From: Malacoraja senta
Lineage: Eukaryota
Assembly: GCA_038087875.1 (NCBI GenBank)
Contig: JAXLNO010000147.1
Coordinates: forward strand, 1 to 64,000
Length of the DNA stretch: 64,000 nucleotides
Direction of reading: 5' to 3'
Shown here in pieces: positions 21,425-33,589 of this stretch. Position 1 is the stretch's first letter. Each line of letters opens with the position of its first letter. A model generated the notes under the pieces. That model did not search any database. It was not told the origin of the DNA and saw only the letters and a program-made list of their open reading frames with translations. The position numbers were made by a program, and so were the translations under genes.

Positions 21425-23950
21425 ACATACCACCGGTAACCATGGAGGTAGGTGGGTCTGGTTCCTTCCAGAACATAAAAGGTGTAGGTCCTGTCCTAAC
21501 AGGGGGAAGGTTACACTTGTTTTGGGAAGCATGGAGGACTATTACATTTGACAAATATATACTACAAAGTATTCAGGGATACAAAATTGATTTCATCCAA
21601 AAAAGTATGCCACCAGTTCAACATGTACCTGACAGGGAGTTTGTACTCTCACAACGGGAAACATTCAAAGGACATGCAGAACTGGAGAGGTTACATGCTA
21701 AAGGAGTTATAGAGAGAACGGAGCACGACTCTCTGGAATTTGTATCGAACATTTTTACAAAAACTAAGAAAGATGGTGGATGTCGCATCATCATTGACTT
21801 AACTAGACTAAATACTTTTGTTAAGTATATACATTTCAAAATGGAAACATTTGTTACTGCCAAACAATTAGTTCCCGAAGGATACTTCATGGCATGTATC
21901 GATTTAAAAGATGCATAAAAGGCCTGTCTCACGAGTCTGCGGTCATTGGCGGCGAAACGGGAAGAATCTGCCGCCATAGACCGCGCACTCGTGAGAACGT
22001 ACAATTCCGGGGCCGTGCGGCGGTGTTCCCAACACCGCACGGTGCTAAAATAAAAATGAACAATGTTGAAAACAATAATCTTACCGCACAACCTCCACCA
22101 GTGATGCACGAGTGCGGCGCGGCCGCCCGCACGGGCCGCCAAGTGTGGCTCGAGCGGCGTGCGTCAAACCTCCACTGCCACAGCCTCCGCCAGTGAGGCA
22201 CGTGCCTCCGCCAGTGAGGCACGTGTGCGGCACGGCCGCAGGCACAGCCACCGCTACAGCGCCGCGATCAGGACGGCCGCCGCCACAGCCGCCGCTAGTG
22301 AGTCACGTGCGGCGGGCCGACGTCATCGCAATCGGCCCGCCCTTTTTTTTACTTACCGCAAGCACGTGGGACCCGCCGTGTTTGAATTACTCGGACCCCG
22401 CGCAGCATCCGTGAGGCGCTCCAGTGGATAGGCTCAGCGCTCTCGCCGTTGCCGTGCGGTCCCCACTACCGGCGACGCCGCGCTTCACCGCCGATGACCG
22501 CAAACAGGTAAGACAGAGCCTTAATATTCAGTACCCATTCATAAGGATCATTGTAGATACCTAAAATTTAACTGGATGGGGCAACTATGGCAGTATAAAG
22601 CGTTGCCTAATGGGTTAACATCAGCCCCAAGACTATTCACCAAGATATTGAAACCAGCCTTGGCAATACTAAGGAAACAAAAACATATTGTTATGGCATA
22701 ACTTGATGATATTTTGATTATGGGGAAAACCCTGGAATTAGCTAAATCAGCGGTTTTAGCTACCAAACATCTGTTTGAAACACTGGGGTTTATCATACAT
22801 ACATCTAAGTTGATACCATCCACAACTATGGACTAACTGGGATTCACAATTAACTCTGTCCACATGTCTGTAACATTGCCAAAGGACAAAGCAGCATATT
22901 TGGTGGAAGCCTGCAACAAATTGATTGTTACTAATCAACCATCTATTCGACAGGTGGCAAAAGTGATTGAGAAACTAGTAGCAGCATTTCCAGCTACTCA
23001 GTTTGGACCTTTGCATTACCAAAATTTACAAAGGGCAAAGGTGCAAGCGCTAAAACAACATGAAGGTCATTTTGATCGACATATGCAATTACCAGCCAAA
23101 GCAATTTCGGAGTTACAATGGTGGAGAGAAAACATTTGGCATAGTTCCAGCCCCATCGTTATCAGTAACCCATCATTCACATTACAAACGGATGCCAGTG
23201 CTCAGGGCTGGGGAGCAACTAACACTATATCTAGTACTGGTGGTACATGGAACATACAAGAATCATCACTACTACAGACACTGGTATAAATTACTTAGAA
23301 ATGTTGGGTGCGTTTTATGGGCTAAAAGCTTACTGTTCAGCTATGCACCATTTGCATGTCTGCCTACAAATTGACAATACCACAGTGGTGGCTTATATTA
23401 ATCATATGGGTGGAATAAAATCGATATCGTGTGACGATCTGGTCAGCACAATCTGGCAATGGTGTGTCGACAGACATATTTGGCTATCAGCAACTTACCT
23501 ACCAGGTAAGCTCAATACAGTGGCAGACTCCAGGTCACGAAAATTTGATGACAACACCGAATGGATGTTGAACCACAAAGTATTTGCTGATAGTACAATG
23601 CGGTATGGTACACCTGATATCGATCTCTTTGCATCCAGACTGAATCACCAGTTACCAACATATGTCGCTTGGGAATCAGACCCTGAGGCAGCAGCGATGG
23701 ACGCTTTTTCGCTGAATTGGGGAAAATTGTTTTTCTATGCCTCCCCCCCTTCTGCCTCATCAGTCGGGTCCTACGCAAAATACAAATTGACTCAGCTTCA
23801 GGTATTTCGGTAGTGCCCGATTGGCATACACAGCCATGATTCCCTGTGGTCCTCGACATGGTCTCTGAACCACTCATGACCATTCCCAAAAGACCAGATC
23901 TCTTGGTCCATCCTGTTACGGGCGAAAGTCATCCGTGCCATGACAGGATA
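21421..23950 (+). pseudogene. DIRS RT-RNase H-methyltransferase-like ORF, interrupted by MITE, stops and frameshifts
   Basis: HFKMET, IDLKDA, LPNGLTSAPRLFTK, LDD, TDASAQGWG, INYLEM, DNTTVVAYINHMGG, DLFASRLN, YASPP. Confidence 0.88.
21919..22521. mobile_element. PIF/Harbinger MITE, copy 1
   Basis: ~36-bp imperfect TIRs, TAA TSD (21916-21918, 22522-22524), splits the DA-YS codons of DIRS RT; near-identical to 44314-44857. Confidence 0.88.
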
Positions 23951-24168
23951 AATCTGTTGGCTTGAAGAATTTGAATAGACCTCTGTTGGATCTGGGATTA
24001 TCGGACAGGACCATGAACATGATCACGGCGGCCTCCCGAGAATCGACTAAGAAGCAGTACCTCTCCAGCATTCGGAAGTGGGAAACGTACTGCTCAAGGA
24101 CTGGGGTAGCATACAAATCAGCTACAATTACCAATGTCCTGGAGTTCCTATCCAGCCTTCACTTTGAT

Positions 24169-24230
24169 CTTCTTCTTCTTTTCGTGTCTTTGAAGCTGGT
24201 TGGCTATGACAGTTTCCCATTCCTTTACAA
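24169..24230 (-). mobile_element. Tiny 5'-truncated retroposon with (GAA)n tail
   Basis: cttcttcttctt run; TTGAT on both sides; interrupts the DIRS YR frame. Confidence 0.45.
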
Positions 24231-24426
24231 TTGATGAAGGACTGAGTTACAGCACAATTAACAGTGCTAGGAGTGCTCTGTCAGCATATTAATGGCAGGC
24301 ACCGGGACAGCAGTCCATGGGATCCCACCCTCTAGTTGCCAAACTAATGAGGGGTATCTACAACACCAATCCCCCCAGACCAAGGTACACCCAGATCTGG
24401 GACGTCAGTGTTGTACTGACATTGCT

Positions 24427-26088
24427 TTTTTTTTTTTGAAAATATTTTTTATTGGAGATAAGTACATAACCTATTAACATCATTACAGTCTTACATTTTT
24501 AAATTGATAATATTATCGATTATTATTACATTGTCTCCAATACCTTTTACCTTTTTTATTTATTTTTATTTTAAACTAGATAGAACTAAAAAGATAGATG
24601 AAGTAAAGAAAGAAAAGAAAGAGAAGAAAAAGAGAGAAAAAAAAAAGAGAAAAAAAAAATTATTTAAAATTTTTTAACAAAAAACAAGAAACACAAAACA
24701 AAAAAAACAAAACAAAAGGGAAAGATAGTTAAAGAAGAGTGGAAAAATTTATTAAAATAAAAAACTTCATTCGAGATATATTCGTACATTTCAGAATATA
24801 GCATTTCATCCATTTTTTAGCCCGAGCATTAGTCAGGTTCCCGTGCTGAACCATTCTGACCCTTTAAATAATCAATAAAGGGAGACCATGTTCCAACGAA
24901 TACTTCCTGTTTATCCAACAGGGAAAATCTGATTCTTTCCACGTTTAAGGTCTCCGTCATTTCTATAATCCACATTTTGATTGTGGGGGCCGTAGGGCCT
25001 TTCCAAAATTTTAGAATTAATTTTTTTCCTGTTATTATACTATAATCAATAAAGTTTATTTGTGTTGTTGTAAATGTTTGATTTAATTCTGATGTTCCGA
25101 GTATTATAAATTTTGAATCCGGGTCCACTTGTGTGCTGGTCACTTTAGATATTATACTAAAAATATTTACCCAGAATTTTTTAATTTTTGTACAGTTTGC
25201 AAACATATGAGATAAGGTAGCTTCTAAATGTTGGCATTTATCACATATAGGTGAGATATGTTGAAAGATTTTATGTAATTTCGTTTTTGAATAATGTAAT
25301 CTATGTATTACTTTAAATTGTATTAAAGAATGTCTGGCATTTAATGAACATTGATGTATCTGTTGTAAACTTTCTTCCCAAGTATCTTTCGTTATTATTT
25401 CATTTAATTCTTTTTCCCATGTTTGTCTGTGTAAGTCCGTCGATGGAATGTCACTGTCTAATAAAATATTATATATATAAGATATTAATTTTTCTGTATT
25501 AGGATGTTTATTCCAACATTCGTCAAGAATTTCTGAATTTCTAATTCGAAAGTTTTGAATATTTGATTTTACATAATCTCTGAGTTGAAGATATCTGAAA
25601 TAATCATTTCCTCGAAGTCCGTAAGTCTGTTGCAACTCCTGAAATGTCAGAAAAGTGCCTTCCTTATAAAGTTGTCCCATATTTTTAATTCCATAATTCT
25701 TCCATTGTGTAAAACCCCTGTCCAACCATGAGGGTTTAAACAAAGGGTTATTCACAATCGGGAGAAATTGTGATAAATTATCTAATTTTAATGTCTTTTT
25801 TAATTGTTTCCAAATTCGTATGGTACTAAATATTATAGGGTTTTCCCTATAATTTTTTTTGTTTAATTTAGATGTAGCAAATAATATCGACCCGATATCA
25901 AAAGGCAAACATTCTTCCTTTTCCATTTTTAACCAATCTGGTTGTTGTTCTATTTCTTCCAACCAGAAATTCATATTTTTAATATTAACTGCCCAAAAAT
26001 AAAACAGAAAGTTGGGTAAAACCAAACCTCCATTTATTTTTGATTTACACAAATGTCTTTTGTTTATCCTATGGTTCTTATAATCCCA
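24427..26088 (-). mobile_element. L1-clade LINE, 5'-truncated, young
   Basis: Open ORF2 C-terminus 24829..26088 (GGLVLPNF, QFKVIHRL, CDKC...SHMFANC), poly(A) tail, 9-bp TSD GACATTGCT (24418-24426, 26089-26097). Confidence 0.93.
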
Positions 26089-27779
26089 GACATTGCTAAG
26101 GGGTTGGTCACCAGCAATGTCCCTGTCCCTGGAACAGCTCACACTAAAAACAGTAATGCTGATGGCTTTGGTCTCAGCAACTAGAGGGTGGGATCTCGTG
26201 GACTGCTGTCCCGGTGCCTGCCATTAATATGCTGACAGAGCACTCCTATACAAATTAAGATTGGACAATATTAAAACATCAACTGACAAGATAACCTTCC
26301 GGATCTTGGAGTTGGTCAAACAGAATAGACCGGGAACTTCGGGACTGAGTTTGGAATTCCGGGCATACCCACCTGACCCCCGTTTGTGTGTCATGACACA
26401 CCTACTGCTTTATCTTAGGACAACAAAAGCCTTAAGAGGAAGCGAAATGGCATTATGGGTTAGCTTCAAACAGCCTCATGGACGGGTGTCAGTACAGACC
26501 ATCTCAAGATGGCTCAGACTGGTTCTGGGGGTTGCTGGGGTGGATACTGACATTTTTAAATCTCACTCCACCAGGGCAGCAGCAACATCGGTGGCCAGAA
26601 ATATGGCGACAGCAGGATGGTCTACGGAAAAGACTTTCCAAATATGTTATAATAAGCCGATCGCCAAACCTGCAGTGTTTGCAGAAATAATTTTAAGTTC
26701 TGCAATATAATTTAGCCCAAAGGAGCATTATTTTCTTTATTAAAAAATAAATCGTTATTGTTTTTTAAAATTGATTCATGTTTAATTACGATAACATACT
26801 TCCTCCCTTGGGTGACTTCGGCAGTGAGTGAGGCATGGATTTGTTCCACGGCATGAAATCACACATCTTTAAAATCTTCACGTAGTCACTCACGTAACTC
26901 CGAAGTAAAATAGTAAGATTAAACGAGAACTTACCAGTTTGAGGTTTGATCTTTATTTTATGAGGAGTTACGTCGAGGGATTACGTGCCCTCCACGCCCA
27001 CCCTCTTACAAAGGTCAACTGGTATCCTAGTTCTTCTTATCTACTATGTTTATTTCATTACTATTATTGTGATTCCACACCGCTGCTTTGAAGAATGTCG
27101 CGCATGCGTGCTGGCGGGGTCTTCACGTAATCCCTCGACGTAACTCCTCATAAAATAAAGATCAAACCTCAAACTGGTAAGTTCTCGTTTAATCTTACTA
27201 TTATTACCTCTTTAATAATTGACTCCAGCATCTTTCCCACCACCGAAGTCAGGCTAACTGGTCTGTAATTCCCCGTTTTCTCTCTCGCTCCTTTCTGGAA
27301 AAGTGGGATAACATTAGCTATCCTCCAATCCACAGGAACTGATCCTGAATCTATTGAACATTGGAAAATGATCACCAATGCGTCCACTATTTCCAGAGCC
27401 ACCCCCCTGAGTACCCTGGGATGCAGACCATCAGGTCCAGGGGATTTATCATCCTTCAGTCCCATTAGCCTACCCAATACTATTTCTCGCCTAATGAAAA
27501 ATTCTTTCAGTTCCTCTACCCCCTTAGAGAGCCAGCTCTCTTTAGTTTCATTGCATAGGCCTTGATGAGCGACTTGAATTCTAGAAATGTAGCATTAGTG
27601 TATAGTCAAATGCTGTTCATTTTAGGTTATTGATTGTGACATGAAAACAGCATGAAAGAGAAAGGTGCAAGTACCTTTTGGCTTTTTTCAATCTTGCACA
27701 TAACATATGGTACAAGAATATTACCAGGAATTTTCAGTGCCATGTTAAATCATGATATGTGTATTAATATCCTCAAAGG

Positions 27780-28545
27780 TACACAAAAATGCTGGAGAAA
27801 CTCAGCGGGTGCAGCAGCATCTATGGAGCGAAGGAAATAGGCAACGTCTCGGGCCAAAACCCTTCTTCAGACTGATGGGGGGTGGAGAGAAGAAAGGAAA
27901 AAGGCGGAGGAGGAGCCCGAGGACTGAGGGATGGGAGGAGGAGCCCGAGGGCTGAGGGGGAGGAGACAGCAAGGGCTACCAAAATTGGGAGAATTCAATG
28001 TTCATGCCACCAGGATGCAAACTACCCAAGCGGAATATGAGGTGCATTTCCTCCAATTTCCGGTGTTGCTCGCTCTGGCCATGGAGGAGACCCAGGACAG
28101 AGAGGTCGGATACGGAATGGGAGGAGGAGTTGAAGTGCTGAGCCACCGGGAGGTCAGGTTGGTTATTGCGGACCAAGCGGAGGTATTCGGCGAAACGATC
28201 GCCAAGCCTCCGCTTGGTCTCACCGATGTAGATCAGTTGACATCTAGAGCAACGGATACAATAGATGAGGTTGGAGGAGATGCAGGTGAACCTCTGTCGC
28301 AACTGGAACGACTGCTTGAGTCCTTGAATGGAGTCGAGGGGGGAGGTGAAGGGACAAGTGTTGCATCTCTTGCGGTTGCAAGGGAAAGTGCCCGGGGAGG
28401 GGGTGGTATGGGAGGGAAGGGAAGAATTGACAAGGGAGTAACGGAGGGAGCGGTCTTTGCGGAAGGCAGACATGCGGGGAGATGGGAAGATGTGGCGAGT
28501 GGTGGGGTCACGTTGGAGGTGGCGGAACTGACGGAGGATTACTTG
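27780..28545 (-). mobile_element. Penelope-like element 3' part: GIY-YIG endonuclease plus pLTR with hammerhead-like core
   Basis: ORF 27976..28473 CNRKRCNTC...NLIYCIRC...IYIGETKR...VAQHF...GMN; reverse-strand CTGAAGA-stem motif at ~27843-27870. Confidence 0.92.
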
Positions 28546-28868
28546 TTCGGCGAAACTGATGGATTGATTACTTGTTGGGCGAAACTGACGGAGGATTACT
28601 TGTTGGGCGAAACTGACGGAGGATTACTTGTTGGGCGAAACTGATGGAGGATTGATTACTTGTTGGGCGAAACTGATGGAGGATTACTTGTTGGGCGAAA
28701 CTGACGGATTGATTACTTGTTGGGCGAAACTGACGGAGGATTACTTGGGCGAAACTGATGGAGGATTGATTACTTGTTGGGTGAAACTGATGGAGGATTG
28801 ATTACTTGTTGGGTGAAACTGATGGAGGATTACTTGTTGGGCGAAACTGATGGAGGATTGATTACTTG
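28525..28868. repeat. Minisatellite, ~26-30 bp unit (ggattacttgttgggcgaaactgatgga), about 12 copies
   Basis: Direct inspection; begins at the Penelope truncation point. Confidence 0.9.
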
Positions 28869-29284
28869 TGTAATATCCTCAATGTTGCTTCTTACTTTAT
28901 AAGGTGAACATTTACAACAATAATGCCAATCTACTCATTATCCAGCTTGACGGTAAAATAAGCTGCAGGTCTTAACTTGTAACTTTTTAAATGAAAAATG
29001 GTATAACCTAATATTTTATTATCAATCTGAAATAGAAGTGGGAGGAAACAATGCCTGGCAAGTTATAGGTGGATACAGGCAAGGAGGTTTTATTGGCGGA
29101 AGGGCGGATAAACACTTAAATAAAAAAGAGACAAGGCTGTCAGATAATGAGAGAAAATGAGTGAAATACAATGCAGAAGGAGGGAGATAATGGGCTTATA
29201 TTCACTGGAATTTAGACTGGGCTTATATTCACTGGAATTTCGACCATTCTATTCCTTCCTCCAGTTCTGGGGGGGGGGGGGTCC

Positions 29285-29571
29285 TGTGGCGCCAGCTAAT
29301 ACACGGGCCACTTATGGTCGAACCCTCGTCAGTAGGTACGAGGGCTGGCACGTGACGTCATGGGCTAGAGGGAGTGTCCTGCTACTTAAGATTATCTCAC
29401 CTCGAGACCTTAGCAGTCCACAGGTAGCTGAGCCCGAGAGAACAGCCTCGCTCAGCTACAGCAGCAATGATAATATAGTTAGCGCACCAACCTAACGTGT
29501 AGAACCTGAATACACGACTGTTTGAACCTGCCTGACGTCTGGCCTTATTCACCATGTTTGGTGCCGCTACA
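29285..29571 (+). mobile_element. Gypsy-type 3' LTR preceded by polypurine tract
   Basis: TGTGGCG...CGCTACA inverted termini; G-run at 29268-29281 just upstream; no TSD. Confidence 0.65.
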
Positions 29572-29805
29572 GGGGTAACTTTATCACACAAAGGGTGATG
29601 GGTGTATGGAACGAGCTGCCAGAAGAGGTAGTTGAGACTGGGACTATCCCAACATTTAAGAAACAGTTAGACAGGTACATGGATAGGACTGGTTTGGAGG
29701 GATATGGACCAAACGCAGGCAGGTTGGACTAATGTAGCTGGGACATTTTGGCTGGTCTGAGCAAGTTGGGCAGAAGGGCCTGTTTCCACACTGTATCACT
29801 CTATA
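29572..29805 (+). mobile_element. CR1 3' fragment
   Basis: FITQRVMGVWNELPEEVV and gggcagaagggcctgtttcc tail. Confidence 0.8.
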
Positions 29806-30859
29806 ATCTTTAGAAAATTAAATAGTTCTTGTCCAGCATTCAGCTGAATCTGGACGACATTCAGCGTAGACTAAACAGTGGCAAGTAACATTCATACACA
29901 GAAGAATCAAAGATCAGCTCCAAAAATGGAGAATCGAACCGCATACAGATGATGTTCAATCGCATTAGCATTGCCAAGTCACACCAACATTCTGGGGTCG
30001 TCACTGGCCAGAACTCAACTAGATCAAACACAATTACTGTGGCTACAAGAGCTGGTCAGGGATTGTAGTAACCCATCTACTCATGTCCCGAAGTTTTCAA
30101 CCAGATGCAAGGCAGGAGCTTGATAGGATTCTATCCATTTGCATCAATTAATGCATCTCCAACAGCATTCCCATAGTTGAGATAATTATTCAAAGCAGCT
30201 CACCTGTTTTTGCATTCCACTGAAACAAGATAGATATTCTTTCCCCACACCTCCATTGTGCTAGGACTAGCTTTTATAACTCACTTGCCGGTCAAGAAGT
30301 CAACAGGACATTATCACATGTACTACGAGGCAGGTGCTCTATCTTTAGTGAGATGATGAAGGGAGCCAAGAGGCCATCTCCACTTAAAAACTGATCTCTG
30401 CAGCAATGATGCCTTTCGAAGTTCACTCTAGTGCACAAGTATGTAGGTAAAGTGTGGCACCCAGGGAAGACTTTGTTCTTAAAAGCAAATAGCATGGAGG
30501 AATAATTTGTAAGAACCAATAAACAATTGGGAAAATACCACAGCTGAGAAAGGTGGGTATAGGATCAGGAACATTCAGGAGTTAATATACAAAACCAAAG
30601 TATCAAATACAATGGAAGCAGAGGATCATTGGGATTATTTCTACCGCAAAAACTGAAGCCAGAGGGAGAAGAGCCATCTTGCTGGAAGTAATAGTCTGCT
30701 TTTTAACAAGAAAAAGGTTTTAAAAACCGGTGGGAAGAGTTGCAGTTTTTCAGAATTGCTGATTGTGGAGGCAGAACATAAGTGTGAAGCAGGTGTCCGA
30801 CAGGCTTGTCTGGAGGGGGAGGGGGAGAAAACAAAGCCTGGCAAGTGATCTAAAAGCAT

Positions 30860-31470
30860 TTATTTCAAGAGAATTAGAATATAAAAACAGGGATGTAATG
30901 CTGTGGCTTTAGAAGGCACTGGTCAGACTGCATTTGGAGTATTGTGAGCAGTTTTGGGCCTAAATCTACAGTGTGGGCTGGCTGTGCCGACATCCAGAGG
31001 TGGTTTACGTGAATGATCCCGGGGACGATTGGGTTAACGTATGAGCGTTTGACCACTCAAGACCTGTACTCACTGGAGTTTGGAAAGATGAGAGAGGACC
31101 TCATTGAAACTTACATAATAATGATAGGCCTGGATAAGGTGGATGTGGAGAGGCTGTTTCCACTAGTGAGATGGTCTCGGACCACAGGGCACAGCCTCGG
31201 AATATAAGGACTTACCTATAGAAAGATAAGGATGAATTTCTTCAGTCAGAGAGTGGTGAATCTATGGAATTCATTGCCATAGGTGGCTGTGTAGGCCATG
31301 TCATTGTGTATACTTAAAGCAGAGATTGACATGTTCTTGATTAGGAAGGGTGTCAAAGGTTATGGGAGAAAGTAGGAAAATGGGGTCGAGAAGGAAAGAT
31401 AGATGAGCCATGATTAAATGGCGCAGTAGCCTCACTGGGGCGAATGGTTAAATAAACTCGATTGACTTAT
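30860..31470 (+). mobile_element. Degraded CR1 3' fragment
   Basis: LYSLEF...DLIETY...TTGHSL. Confidence 0.8.
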
Positions 31471-31892
31471 GAACTTGTAAATGCATTTTAAATCGATTAC
31501 TCAGGAAGGATACAAGTCACATTTACCACTCTGACGGTGACACAAAAACATCTAGGCTTCGCAAGTAAGGCAATTTGTAATGGGATTATTCGTTTAATTA
31601 AAGCAAAAGTGTTTTGCATACTTCTGGCAGGAGTATTTTGTGGTATTATCAGATGCTTGTAATCATGGGAAATATTAATGCAGTTTGTCACCCATGTTTA
31701 CATGCAATTCTACAGTAGTTTTTAATGTCCAATGTTCCAATGACAGTCTAGAGTTGTCTACGACTTGTGTCTGAGTCCTGTTATTGGTTGGAATGACCAG
31801 TACCTAAAACCAAGCATTCCACATCACCTCATCAGCGGAATCAATGCTACACTGCACGGTGTGCTACCTTAGCAACGGAGCAGGAACAGTAA

Positions 31893-32307
31893 CTAAATCC
31901 AATTGAGAATCTCTGACAAGACTTGAAAATTGCTGTTCACAGGCGCTCTCCCTCCAATCTGACTGAGCTTGAGCTATTTTGCAAAGAATGGGCAAAAATT
32001 TCAGTCTCTAGATGTGCAAAGCTGGTAGAGACATACCCCAAAAGACTTGCAGCTGTAATTGCAGCGAAAGGTGGTTCTACAAAGTATTGACTCAGGGGGG
32101 CTGAATACTTTTGCACACCACACTTTTCAGTTTTTTATTTGTAAAAAAATTTGAAAACCATGTATCATTTTCCTTCCACTTCACAATTATGCGCCACTTT
32201 GTATTGGTCTATCACATAAAATCCCAATAAAATACATTTACGTTTGTGGTTGTAACGTGACAAAATGTGGAAAAGTTCAAGGGGTATGAATACTTTTGCA
32301 AGCCACT
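31893..32307 (+). mobile_element. Tc1 3' fragment with one TIR, same family as 3831-6306
   Basis: LNPIENL motif; TIR near-identical to 6095-6306. Confidence 0.9.
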
Positions 32308-33589
32308 TTACATACGTTCATTTCTAGGAACGTCAGAACTAGTTTTGTCTCTTTTAACAATGGTTTCTTCTTGTCAGGATTATGTGTTTTTTAATGCCAT
32401 TCATTACAAAATGGTAAACAGTGATTTTTGTCTATTTTCTGACATGTACAAGAATAAACATCTGTACAAATGGAATCCATTTGTTAGTCAGGGAAGGCCT
32501 GTGCTCAGATTAATTTATGCACATTTGCTCTGAATCCCTCATTAACCCTCCCACCAAAATTCCTATCTAACATGGTAGTGAAAGTACCAACTGACCCATA
32601 GCATCCAAAAAGCCTTTTGGGGAGAGCGCTCCAGGTTTCCACTGTGTTGTGTGAATCAGACGTCTTGCCAGTTTCAAGGAATCGTAAAGTTGGTGACATA
32701 GAAGATGGTGTCCGTGCCGGCTGGAAAATAGCTGCCCAAATTCCAGAACTTGATCTGTAGCCTTTCAGGCAGGCACACTGTTCATCGTCTTCCAAAATTC
32801 CGTAGGTTGCAGAATGGTTCACACAAATTGGAAGAGAGCAAATGACACCTCACTATTTCTGGAGAGAGGGAGATAGAAAATGAGGAACTGCAGATCAGTT
32901 AGGCTGGCATCAGGATTAGGGAAATGCTAGACTGTGGACTTAAATTAAAGATATGGTAGCAGGATACATAAAAACTAAATAATTTAGCAGATGCAGCGCA
33001 CATTTACAACTAGCACACCAAAGATAAAACATACAGCAGGGCTCGAAATTAATGATTGCCCAGTTGCCAATGGCCACCTAAAGTCCCGCCGGGCAACCTA
33101 AAAGCCGTGTCATTTTGCCCGGCTTGATACTGCAGATACTGGTTTATACCGAAGATAGGCAAAAAAAAATGGTGTAACTCAGCAAGCATCTCTGGAGAAG
33201 AAGAATAAGTGATGTTTCGGGTCGAGACCCTTCTTCAGAAGGAGAAAGAAATACATTCAATTTCCATTAGCCCTCCAGCTATTCATATTCCGGAGAACCA
33301 AAACTTGCACTCTGATAGCAGTAAATTTGATGCAGTATTTTTTGCAGTGTTATTATTGCGCCCATTGGCTCAAATAGGGAATCTGTGGCCGAATAATGGT
33401 GCTCACAAGCGTTCCCTGCAGCCGATCGACACCGCAGAACTGCAGCCCGCAGATCCCGTCCCACGCACTGCACTGACGCAAGCCACTGTGATTTTTTAAT
33501 ATGCAAGCGAGCTACGGTGACATTTTTGTTTGTTTCAAATGCAGAAGCGAACGGAGATAGTTAGAAATAAAATAAATAAACGGTTAGGT

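Larger units (their letters stand above)
23962..26710 (+). pseudogene. DIRS tyrosine recombinase, interrupted
   Basis: N-terminal STKKQYLSSIRKW; C-terminal FKSHSTRAAATS...AGWSTEKTFQICYNK. Confidence 0.85.
19966..27202 (+). mobile_element. DIRS1-like tyrosine-recombinase retrotransposon, structurally complete
   Basis: Left ITR ~19969-20030, right ITR ~27096-27130 plus extension, ICR ~26875-26987 complementary to both termini; ATT at both junctions and at the ICR circle junction. Confidence 0.95.
18776..27527 (-). mobile_element. CR1/HER1 LINE split by DIRS (parts 18776-19968 and 27200-27527)
   Basis: ORFs 18764..19411, 19383..19967 and 27169..27477 are contiguous RT sequence; the uninterrupted junction ccccATTattacc is seen in the copy near 61305. 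Confidence 0.93.

Noticed and set aside
27931..28644. 237-aa plus-strand ORF
   Set aside because: Antisense shadow of the Penelope GIY-YIG frame plus minisatellite
28525..28868. CRISPR-like array
   Set aside because: No unique spacers, no cas genes, eukaryotic context; it is a tandem minisatellite
32590..32785. In-frame TGA after MNSVPA as possible selenocysteine readthrough
   Set aside because: No recognisable selenoprotein homology or SECIS; a chance stop is more likely
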